From Hyperthermus butylicus DSM 5456 (GTDB taxonomy: Archaea > Thermoproteota > Thermoprotei_A > Sulfolobales > Pyrodictiaceae), in assembly GCF_000015145.1 (NCBI RefSeq), contig NC_008818.1, forward strand, positions 300,001 to 332,000: a DNA stretch of 32,000 nt, given 5' to 3'. A program made the translations under genes and the position numbers. Of the stretch, positions 8,928-16,400 are shown piece by piece. The notes below the pieces were generated by a model. The model saw only the letters and a program-made list of their open reading frames with translations. It did no database searches and had not been told where the DNA came from. Position 1 is the first letter of the stretch, and each line of letters begins with the position of its first letter.

Positions 8928-9617
8928 TTGGATCTCCATGCCGAGCTAAACCCTTACATCTACGTGGCAGCGTTGGGTAATGATGAGAGTCACATTGTTA
9001 GGGGTGTATTAAGGCTACAGCCCATGGCTGTGCTTGTATTTGCTGAGTCTACGGGATCTAAGCCTCCACCTACTACGCTGAAGGCGCTGGAGACCATTAG
9101 GAAGCTGGCAGAGCTAGCTGGCGCAATCTTCATCTCAAGAAGCATAAGACTTTCCGTTCATGGTATTCCCAGCATGGTCTATGAGATACGTCGCTCTGTA
9201 CTCGAGCTGGCTGACAGCTTATCCCTTCGTGGCGAGCATATAAAAGCAGTTTATGTTACTGCTTGCTGTGGCTCACCACACGTAAACACCGCGCTAGCCT
9301 ATGCAGCGCTCATACTAGCCTATCACAATCCCTCACTGTCTGTCAGGATATACTTCTCAAAACCTGAAAACGAGGTTGTAGAAGATGCCGGCAACCTACT
9401 CCCTGCTGTACTCGACGCAACGGGACAGCATGTTCTCCGCGTACTAGTGGAGAAGACCCTTAAGGAGGGCTCGGCAGGCGTGAGCGAGATAGCCTACATA
9501 CTCTCTATGTCTAAGTCTAAGGTGCACAAGAAGCTTCAACAACTCGTGGCTAGGGGGCTAGCTGAGAAGGTGGGTAATCGTTACCGGGCGACACGGTGGG
9601 GGATAGCTAACGGCTAG
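8928..9617 (+). CDS. Csa3-like transcription regulator (N-terminal CARF-like Rossmannoid domain + C-terminal winged HTH)
   Basis: 229 aa. The architecture matches Csa3 as I recall it: beta1-loop YIYVAALGNDESHIVRGV, then LVFAES, then the glycine-containing loop VYVTACCGSPHVNTALAYAALIL. The C-terminal wHTH is VSEIAYILSMSKSKVHKKLQQLVARGLAEKVGNRYRAT. An SD-like GAGGAGGTGA lies 5 nt before the TTG start. Confidence 0.5.
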   Translation: MDLHAELNPYIYVAALGNDESHIVRGVLRLQPMAVLVFAESTGSKPPPTTLKALETIRKLAELAGAIFISRSIRLSVHGIPSMVYEIRRSVLELADSLSLRGEHIKAVYVTACCGSPHVNTALAYAALILAYHNPSLSVRIYFSKPENEVVEDAGNLLPAVLDATGQHVLRVLVEKTLKEGSAGVSEIAYILSMSKSKVHKKLQQLVARGLAEKVGNRYRATRWGIANG

Positions 9618-9652
9618 CCTGGAGCGTCTATAGCTATGAGGGTTGGTGATGT

Positions 9653-10345
9653 GTGGCTAGCCAGCGCTTGAAGCTTGTGCTCCTTGAGTCCCCTCTCGAG
9701 CTTGTACCCAGGGAGCTATGGAAGCATCCCGAGGTCGTGTCATCCTCTAGGAAGTATGGAGTTGAACCTAGCGAAATGCTTCTCGACAAGAGACTCCACT
9801 ACCATGCTATGGCGGTGCTTCCCCAGAAGTGGAAGAGGGGCCGCCCAGACATAGTGTATATCACCCTCATGCTGCTTGTGGACTCGCTACTCAACCTTGA
9901 AGGCCGCCTAGAGCTATACATACACGTCTACGACGGCCGTGTCTTCGCAGTACACCCAGAGCTGCGGCCCCCAAGACACTTCGAAGGCTTTAAGAGGATT
10001 ATGTCCCAGCTCCTCCGCTACAACCGTGTACCGCCAGGCTCAGACAAGCCACTCTTATGGCTCGAGGCTGGTAGTCTAAGAGAGTTCGTGGAGAAGCATG
10101 GCCGGATAATACTGTTATGGGAGCGGGGTACTCCAGCAACGCCGGCCCAGGTAGTGTCTGATGCTCTGGAGTCCGGGCTCCCCATCGGCATAGGCATGTT
10201 CCCCAGGGGCGACTTCAAGAGGAGCACACTGAGGAAGACGGTACGAGCCTATAGCCTCGCTTTTGGCCGGCCGCTCAAATCGTGGACCGTCGCCCACCTG
10301 GTGCTCTGTGCTGCTGAGAAGCTGCTAGGACTCATACACTCCTAG
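9653..10345 (+). CDS. nep1: Ribosomal RNA small subunit methyltransferase Nep1 (SPOUT, pseudouridine-N1 methyltransferase)
   Basis: 230 aa. The motif GRPDIVYITLMLLVDSLLNLEGRLELYIHV corresponds to the Nep1/Emg1 signature RPDIxHxxLLxxxDSPLN. GTG start. Confidence 0.8.
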   Translation: MASQRLKLVLLESPLELVPRELWKHPEVVSSSRKYGVEPSEMLLDKRLHYHAMAVLPQKWKRGRPDIVYITLMLLVDSLLNLEGRLELYIHVYDGRVFAVHPELRPPRHFEGFKRIMSQLLRYNRVPPGSDKPLLWLEAGSLREFVEKHGRIILLWERGTPATPAQVVSDALESGLPIGIGMFPRGDFKRSTLRKTVRAYSLAFGRPLKSWTVAHLVLCAAEKLLGLIHS

Positions 10346-10381
10346 CCCCCTGGCGGGCAAAAGCTGCTACGTTTCTGCTGC

Positions 10382-10687
10382 ATGTAGCTAGGACTTGAGG
10401 AAAAGACGGCTAGGCTTGAGGAGCACATAGTAGGGCTAGAGGAGCGGGCCGTTAAGCTAGAAAAACGGGATCAGCAGCATTGAGGGGGGCTTGACAAGTT
10501 AGAATGTAGGGTTGATAAGTTGGAGAATTGCATCGAGAAGCTGGAACGGCTGCGCTCTTGGTACTCGTCACTCGCCGACCCTATAGTTCAAGGGGAGAGC
10601 CCTTTACCCGGGCGGCCAACAATACCTCTACAATCCTGTCTGGGGATGTGGAGCCCTGGGGATGCACCTCCGCAGAGCCCCGTCTAG
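10382..10687 (+). pseudogene. Decayed small coiled-coil (heptad LEExxxx) gene with two in-frame stops
   Basis: My translation reads M*LGLEEKTARLEEHIVGLEERAVKLEKRDQQH*GGLDKLECRVDKLENCIEKLERLRSWYSSLADPIVQGESPLPGRP...PQSPV*. The in-frame stops are TAG at 10385 and TGA at 10481. A 21-nt DNA periodicity is visible. Confidence 0.3.
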
Positions 10688-10708
10688 GGGCCGTGGTGAC
10701 CGGACACC

Positions 10709-11626
10709 TCACCGAACCCCCTTCTCCCTCACAGCCTCCATTACGCCCTGTGCTGTGTGTAGCATGGCTTGTAGCGTGTAGGAGCTCTTGGATAGGTAGC
10801 TGTAGGCACGCCTGGCTAGCTGATCCCTGGCCAGCACTTTTTCCAGGAACTCCCGGAGTTCCGTGTCCTCGGCTACTGCCTCCTCGGCTAAAGCCAGCCA
10901 GAGCATTATCTGCTCGCGATGCGCCTCCAGAAGGGATGCCGGCCCAACACCAGTGTGGGTGAAGGCTAGTCTTGACGACTTGAGGGCGACCATCTTCTCG
11001 AGGCTCTCCATGTACTTGTCGGGGTGGAATGGCGGGGGGGTTGTCGGCACCAGCCCACCGGTTTCGGGCACGTAAATGCCTGCAGAGTCGCCGGTGAAGA
11101 GCACCCGGCTGCCACCTACCACTGCAAGTATGCTCTGGTGGTGGCTAGCGTGGCCCGGAGAATGCACAAAGACTAGCCTTGCGCCGTCCAACACTAGTTC
11201 CTCGCCATCACGTGTCTCGTGCACAGCCTCGCGGGGAACGGGAAGGAGTTCACCGTAGATCCTCGCAGTCTCCCCTAGAACTGCAAGGCTAGCCTCCCAC
11301 AGTCTCGAAGGATCCCTTATGTGCCGGGCACCGCGCGGGTGAACCCAAACCCTCACCTCCACCCCTCGGGCCCGGAGACTGTGGACAAGATGACCCGTAT
11401 TACCAGCATGGTCTATGTGTACGTGGGTGAGCACCACCTCAACACTTCTAGGGTGCAGCTCCAGTATCTTCCGAACAAGACACTCTACCGTTACGACAGG
11501 CCCTGGATCAACAACCACAAGCTTGTCGCCAATGCGCAGCACGTAGGTCGTTATAAACCTTAGCCCGAAGACGGAAGGAGTAGAGTCTACCATCAACAAT
11601 TCAGTCATGCCCTGACACCCACCCAT
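10709..11626 (-). CDS. Metallo-beta-lactamase fold hydrolase
   Basis: 305 aa. It carries the HxHxDH motif (LTHVHIDHAGNTGHL) and a downstream SPGHASHH. Confidence 0.85.
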   Translation of the reverse strand: MGGCQGMTELLMVDSTPSVFGLRFITTYVLRIGDKLVVVDPGPVVTVECLVRKILELHPRSVEVVLTHVHIDHAGNTGHLVHSLRARGVEVRVWVHPRGARHIRDPSRLWEASLAVLGETARIYGELLPVPREAVHETRDGEELVLDGARLVFVHSPGHASHHQSILAVVGGSRVLFTGDSAGIYVPETGGLVPTTPPPFHPDKYMESLEKMVALKSSRLAFTHTGVGPASLLEAHREQIMLWLALAEEAVAEDTELREFLEKVLARDQLARRAYSYLSKSSYTLQAMLHTAQGVMEAVREKGVR

Positions 11627-11709
11627 AGCTACTTCACGGAGGAACGCTAGTTAAGCACGGTGGAAGCCATCGGAAGCGATACGCTTGGTCGAGAGGCGGG
11701 AGGCTGAGG

Positions 11710-11961
11710 TTACTCTTCCTCGACGGGTACCGCGCCGAGTATGTCTTCGGCTATCTCGTCTACTTCGCTGCCAACTGCTTCCCGGAATCTTCTCGAGCGT
11801 AGAGCTACTATCTTGTTGTAGGCATCCTCAATACGCTCTGCAGGGATGTGTATTAGGTCTCCGTCGGCTGTCTCGAGGAAGACTGCAAACCTCTTCCTAC
11901 GGTAGTCCACGACAACGTGGAGACATGGCGGCTTTTCGCACTCGTACGCCTCGCCGCTCAC
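11710..11961 (-). CDS. Small hypothetical protein (83 aa, acidic C-terminus)
   Basis: The ORF sits in a minus-strand gene string and its codon usage matches its neighbours. I recognise no family. Confidence 0.4.
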   Translation of the reverse strand: MSGEAYECEKPPCLHVVVDYRRKRFAVFLETADGDLIHIPAERIEDAYNKIVALRSRRFREAVGSEVDEIAEDILGAVPVEEE

Positions 11962-12008
11962 TGCAACTCGTCCCTCCGAGCCTCGCTCCGTGACGGGGCT
12001 AGCCCTAA

Positions 12009-12788
12009 TTAGGCACCGCCTCGGGCTGCCTGACGTGCTCCATAGGTGGGGCCAAGTGGGTGACTAGCAGGCATTACCGCTTCAGCCATCGCTGGCCTCT
12101 GAACGAGAACTCTGGCACCCCATCGGGACGGCCAGTCCATTCTCTTCCTGCATCTTCCCGCAAGGGCTCGTAGCTCGCAGGGGTACTCCGTGACAATCAC
12201 GTCTACCCCGTAGGCTTGGAGCCTCGCAGCTTCCCCTGACATGTTTACAGTCCAGGCCGTGACTAGGTAGCCGTGCGAGTGTAGCTCCTCCACAAACTCC
12301 TCATCAATGTACTCCGCCCTCACGGAAACCCCGTCAGCACCAGCTGCTTCTACGAGTTCTACAGGCCTAGCAGGCCTGCTATCGAGGCTTAGCAGCACAC
12401 GTACCCCATCAGTTTTCAATAAGCCAACAAGACTATGCCATCTCGTGGCCACCATGACCAGGCTGGAACGGCTAAGGCCTTCTAGGAAGCCTGCAAGCTG
12501 GTGTGCAGCCCTAGCTGTCTTTAGGTCGAAGAGTATCGCCGACTCAGGGGGCACGAGAGAAACGAGATCCTCTAGCCCATAGGGGCCGCTCAAATGGATT
12601 GTTTCCAGGAGCCTTGCAAGCCTCTCCCTTAGAAGGCGGGGCCTAGTATCTGGTAGTATGTGGCTAGCTACGAGTCTTCCATTGTGGAGCGTAACATCAA
12701 TCTCTACGCCATCCGCGCAGCGAAGATATGACCGGATCCAGCGCGGTGTATTGGCGCGATGCCCGAGCAGTAGGGGCATACATGCCAA
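12009..12788 (-). CDS. Glycerophosphodiester phosphodiesterase (GDPD) family protein
   Basis: LLGHRANTPR...ADGVEIDVTLHNGRLVASH and VTAWTVN resemble the GDPD HR(G/A)...E.D and WTVN motifs. The likely true start is the ATG at 12779. The C-terminal ~50 aa are low-complexity. Confidence 0.6.
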   Translation of the reverse strand: MACMPLLLGHRANTPRWIRSYLRCADGVEIDVTLHNGRLVASHILPDTRPRLLRERLARLLETIHLSGPYGLEDLVSLVPPESAILFDLKTARAAHQLAGFLEGLSRSSLVMVATRWHSLVGLLKTDGVRVLLSLDSRPARPVELVEAAGADGVSVRAEYIDEEFVEELHSHGYLVTAWTVNMSGEAARLQAYGVDVIVTEYPCELRALAGRCRKRMDWPSRWGARVLVQRPAMAEAVMPASHPLGPTYGARQAARGGA

Positions 12789-12939
12789 GCCTGCCGCGCC
12801 TCCTCCTCGGGCAGAGGCTGTTCCGGCCCTGCGTAACCTCTAACTAGTTTTGAAGATTAATGCCTAGGCCTATCATTGCTATGATTACTGCACTGGCCGT
12901 GTGGCGGTCTACCCGTAGCCTCTTCCGCGACATGAGGTT

Positions 12940-14215
12940 CTCCTCCAAGCTACCTTGTCCCGCAGGCTGAAACACTAGTGAAGGTTTTTAGAGTTGTTTA
13001 AGTCCTTTTAGGGCTACCATATAGGCTGATGCAACGTGCTTATCCAGTCCATATTTCTTCGCTACTTCACCATGTTCCCTAGAGCTTGTCGTACCTTTTG
13101 GGTTTACGTGGATCACCTTTATACTGTAGAGTGGGGCTTTATAGGTTGTTACTTCTATAATCTTGTTCCTAAATATCGCCTTCCTGTAATTATAGTTTCT
13201 TGAGCCTCTATCGGTGTTGTTTCTTATCCAGTAGTATTTGAGGTGGCCGACTATCTTTGGGCTCTCTAAGGCTATGACCGAAACCCCGTGCTGGTACGCG
13301 TAATCTAAAAGCTTGTGTATGGCTTGGTGTACTTTTGTCCATGCTTGTTTTCTTCTATATCCACGGCTAGTTATTTCTCTAAACCAGAATGTCTTTACAT
13401 CCCTTAGTCTACCATACTTATCAACTATGGCGAGGTTCAGCCTATCAACATTGACATCTACTCCACCAATGTGCTCTCCAATAGGATTTTCGTATCTCTT
13501 CATGACATCCAGGTATAGACTATATGGTGCCATGACTTGTAGACCGCAGTACAGATGCATACCATTAGTGTAGAAGTTGTATTCCCTTGATTACAATTCT
13601 AGCGGGATATCCTAGTTCACGTCTGTTTGCCCTTTTCTACGAGCGCCCCTAGTACCTTTGCAAATCCCTTAGGTGTTCTTAAAGCCAGAGTTATTCTTTC
13701 TGGCATCTTTTCATGGTTTAGCACTAGAATTTCAGCTTTGTCCGGTGATAGAAGCCTTATGTTTAGGTTTCCTCTCTTTTCTTTCTCGGCTTCGCTCTGG
13801 AATAGTAGCCACGGTTTTAAGCTCTATATCCTGTATATTTACTCCTAGCTTCCTTGCACTTTTGGGTGTCGAGTGCATTAGTGTCGCTATCCCGTCTATG
13901 TATCTACGGTTTGGCAGTATCTCATAGCATCTCTTGCGAGCATACCTGAGGAGACTAGCCTGCGGCAACTCAACCAGCACTTCGTTCTCCTTTACATCGT
14001 TTAGCAACCTATGTGCACATAGCTTAGAATACCAAGCAGTATACCAAACTAACCTGGCATTTTCTCCATTAACCGTAAATGGTATGTCTATGTGATATAG
14101 TCGGGTAGATTCATCAGCCCCTTCTAGGGGTATACACCCCCTGGAAAGCCCTATAAGTCTTCTCAAACATACGTGAATTTTGTGGGCTCCGATTCCCGAG
14201 AACCGCAAGGTACAC
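12940..14215 (-). mobile_element. Low-GC island corresponding to an IS200/IS605-like remnant (boundaries approximate)
   Basis: One hand-counted 60-nt line (13081-13140) is about 45% GC, against about 70% for 15001-15060 in the flanking permease gene. The island contains only the TnpB-like pseudogene. No tnpA and no terminal inverted repeats were recognised. Confidence 0.4.
12988..14208 (-). pseudogene. TnpB-like (IS200/IS605 OrfB-type RuvC nuclease) gene, broken into three or more frames and lacking the usual zinc finger
   Basis: The total span is about 407 codons. The N-terminal piece (14208..13732) reads ..YHIDIPFTVNGENARLVWYTAWYSKLCAHRLLNDV... The middle piece is in another frame (AEILVLNHEKMPERITLALRTPKGFAKVLGALVEKGKQT*), and a TAA occurs near 13590. 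The C-terminal piece (13560..12988) carries RuvC-like motifs: GGVDVNVDRLNLAIVD (D), VSVIALESPK (E), IKVIHVNPKGTTS and GLDKHVASAYMVALKG (D). No CxxC...CxxC lies between TS and the last D. Confidence 0.55.
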
Positions 14216-14720
14216 CTGCGGTGAGGGGGTCAGAGCGTCGCCGTGATGAGCCTCGGGGCGGACACCCACCGCTCCGAGGTGAACGGTTTACCAGGGGGAT
14301 ACAATACCTCTTGGCTAATCTTATCATGTCACCATCAAGCGTTGCCAGGGGGAGACCTAGCCTCTTCGCAACAGACAGTACGAGGAGGTCGTAGTAGTAC
14401 TTGAGGTCTGAGAGGGCAAACTCTATGTCTTCACGCTCTACCGGTACAACCTCGATAACCCCGGCTGCTAGCAGGCCCAGGACAAGCTGTGTAGCCCTTA
14501 CTCTGTCATAGCGGCGCCGGAGACTCCAAACAAGCTCGTGTACAACTATGGCGGGCGCGACGAGCTTCTTTACAGCTGAGACTAGACTCTTAGCAGCAAC
14601 GTGCAGCCTATCATCGGCTGCCAGGTAGGCATGCAACACACTTGTATCAACAACAGCAGACTCGACAATACCCAAGCCCCCAACACCTAGCACAGCAGAG
14701 CCGTGCCGTGCAAGCTCCAT
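14163..14720 (-). CDS. PIN-domain ribonuclease (VapC-like), orphan, with an atypical ~45-aa low-complexity C-terminal tail
   Basis: PIN acidic motifs are present: VVDTSVLHAYL.., ..YDLLVLSVAKRLGLPLATLDGDM. The true start is probably near 14675, because the track N-terminus is a 20-aa extension. The tail RSPRSGGCPPRGSSRRRSDPLTAGVPCGSRESEPTKFTYV runs into the IS remnant. Confidence 0.7.
   Translation of the reverse strand: MELARHGSAVLGVGGLGIVESAVVDTSVLHAYLAADDRLHVAAKSLVSAVKKLVAPAIVVHELVWSLRRRYDRVRATQLVLGLLAAGVIEVVPVEREDIEFALSDLKYYYDLLVLSVAKRLGLPLATLDGDMIRLAKRYCIPLVNRSPRSGGCPPRGSSRRRSDPLTAGVPCGSRESEPTKFTYV
14251..14279. other. Perfect 11-bp stem / 7-nt loop GC-rich hairpin (CCTCGGGGCGG-acaccca-CCGCTCCGAGG, one G-U)
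   Basis: Read directly from the sequence. It lies inside the PIN tail, about 40 nt from the edge of the low-GC IS remnant. Confidence 0.6.
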
Positions 14721-14804
14721 ACACGTACGCTGCCCGCCGGGTACCCGTAACTAGCTTTTCCCAGAGCTTGTATCCGGTCTCCGGTCTAGCTGTATAGACT
14801 ATGC

Positions 14805-16400
14805 CTATCTTGTGAGGCGCCTTGAGGCTGTATATGATGCTGCTATGGCTGTAAGGCTTAGCACCTCGAGCATGAGTGCTACCGCCGAGGCTTCGGGTAA
14901 GTAGCGGCCTGCACCGTAGAGCTTGTAGACTAGGACTGTGAGGCTCCACGTGCTCGGCACGGATACCACTATGCTTGCGCCAAACTCTCCGAGGCTCGCT
15001 GCCGCCGCTAGGCCCGCAGCCATCATGGCTGCTGGTAGTGCTGCTGCCAGCCAGTGACGGAGGAAGGCTAGGCCGCGGAGCCCCATGAGCAGCATCGTCT
15101 CTACAACCTCGCGGGGCATCCTTTCCCATGCAGTGGCGAGGCTCCGGCCTGCCAGGGGTAGTGCCGCCGCCGTGTGTGCAACAACTATGAGGACTCTCGA
15201 GGCTGCATCTACTCCCATGTGGGCTGCTAGCGGTTTAAAGTAGGCTATTGTCGCGGCGACACCATAGGCTACCGGTGCTACCGCGATCAGCGAGAGTGTG
15301 CCCACGGCTAGGGCACGGCTGGCCGAGGCAGCAACACCGAGCGCTAGGGAGATGAATATTGTAGCTGTGGCGTAGAGGAGGCTATTGCCTATTGCGCCGG
15401 CTAGGCCTGGCCCTCTACCAGCCAGCTCTGCCAGCAATGCCGAGTTGGCCCTAGAGGCCTCCAGGGCTAGGGCCGCCATGGGTGCGTATAGGTAGGCTAT
15501 TACAGCTACAGGGTATGCCACGGCAAACACCTTGCCGGCGCCGCGAGGCTCTATGAGGCCAGCTCCGCGGGCTGCGAGGGGGAGAGCTGCAAGGCCCCTC
15601 GCCAGCCGGAGCACCGTGGCCGACAAGAGCGCGGCGAGGCCCAGCTCAGCGACCGCTAATAGTGCTGCTAGGCCGCGGAGGCTGGGAAACCCGTAGTAGA
15701 GCGTGTAGAGCCACGCCTCGAGCGTGTAGTAGCGGTAGGCTGCACCCTCAACGAGGAGGGGCCCGGCGCTCGCGAAGGAGTAGAGGAAGGCTACCGCCCA
15801 GGCATAGATTGCTGCACGGGCCGTCGCGGGTATGAGGAGCCGGAGCCAGAGCCGAGGGCCGTGGAGGCCTAGGAGGAGGCTTTGCTCCACCACGCTCTTC
15901 TCGACAGAGGCTGCAGCCGCAGCGGTGAGCGCCGCGGCGAGGCCTATGTTGAAGTAACTGTGCAGTGCTAGGACGCCCGTCCACCCCTGGGCCATGAAGT
16001 GTAGCTGTGGGAGGCTTCCGCCCAGCAGGCCGCCTGGCCCGTAGAGGCTCCTGAGTCCCAGAGCAACCACGACCACCGGGGACATGAACGGGGCCAAGCT
16101 AGCGACAACAGCAGCCCTCGCGGAGCGCGAGCGGTAGAACCCAGCGAGCACGCCTAGAGGCCATCCCGCGAGGATGGCTAGGCTGGCGCTGAGAGCTGCC
16201 TGGAGGAGGGTCCAGCCCAGCACCCAGGATAGCTTGAACGGTGGCTCCCAGCGTGGGGGCCAGGAGTAGGCTAGGGAGATGAAAATAGGGGCTGTATAGA
16301 CGGCGACGGTTAGCCAGGCGGCTAGCGCTAGTAGCCACCATAGGCGGCCGAGGGGGTTCCAGGCTAGCCCCCAGCTATGCTGAGCCAATCCTTCAGCCAC
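14805..16400 (-). CDS. Fused double-domain ABC permease (FbpB/ThiP-type, Fe3+/thiamine family)
   Basis: 531 aa, very hydrophobic and Ala/Leu-rich. The size and two repeated permease halves are typical of CysTW-type iron(III)/thiamine permeases. It overlaps the upstream binding-protein gene. Confidence 0.75.
   Translation of the reverse strand: MAEGLAQHSWGLAWNPLGRLWWLLALAAWLTVAVYTAPIFISLAYSWPPRWEPPFKLSWVLGWTLLQAALSASLAILAGWPLGVLAGFYRSRSARAAVVASLAPFMSPVVVVALGLRSLYGPGGLLGGSLPQLHFMAQGWTGVLALHSYFNIGLAAALTAAAAASVEKSVVEQSLLLGLHGPRLWLRLLIPATARAAIYAWAVAFLYSFASAGPLLVEGAAYRYYTLEAWLYTLYYGFPSLRGLAALLAVAELGLAALLSATVLRLARGLAALPLAARGAGLIEPRGAGKVFAVAYPVAVIAYLYAPMAALALEASRANSALLAELAGRGPGLAGAIGNSLLYATATIFISLALGVAASASRALAVGTLSLIAVAPVAYGVAATIAYFKPLAAHMGVDAASRVLIVVAHTAAALPLAGRSLATAWERMPREVVETMLLMGLRGLAFLRHWLAAALPAAMMAAGLAAAASLGEFGASIVVSVPSTWSLTVLVYKLYGAGRYLPEASAVALMLEVLSLTAIAASYTASRRLTR

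Noticed and set aside
10528-10962. 144-aa plus-strand ORF
   Set aside because: It is out of frame with the heptad-repeat remnant and antisense to the 3' end of the MBL gene. Its composition is Pro/Arg-rich.
14243-14249. GTGATGA C-box-like heptamer next to the GC hairpin
   Set aside because: No CTGA D or D' box occurs at the appropriate spacing on that strand.
14647-16341. Track ORFs 14647..15129, 15748..15984 and 16099..16341 on the minus strand
   Set aside because: They are off-frame shadows within, or overlapping, the GC-rich double-permease gene. Their composition is Arg/Pro/Gly-rich junk.
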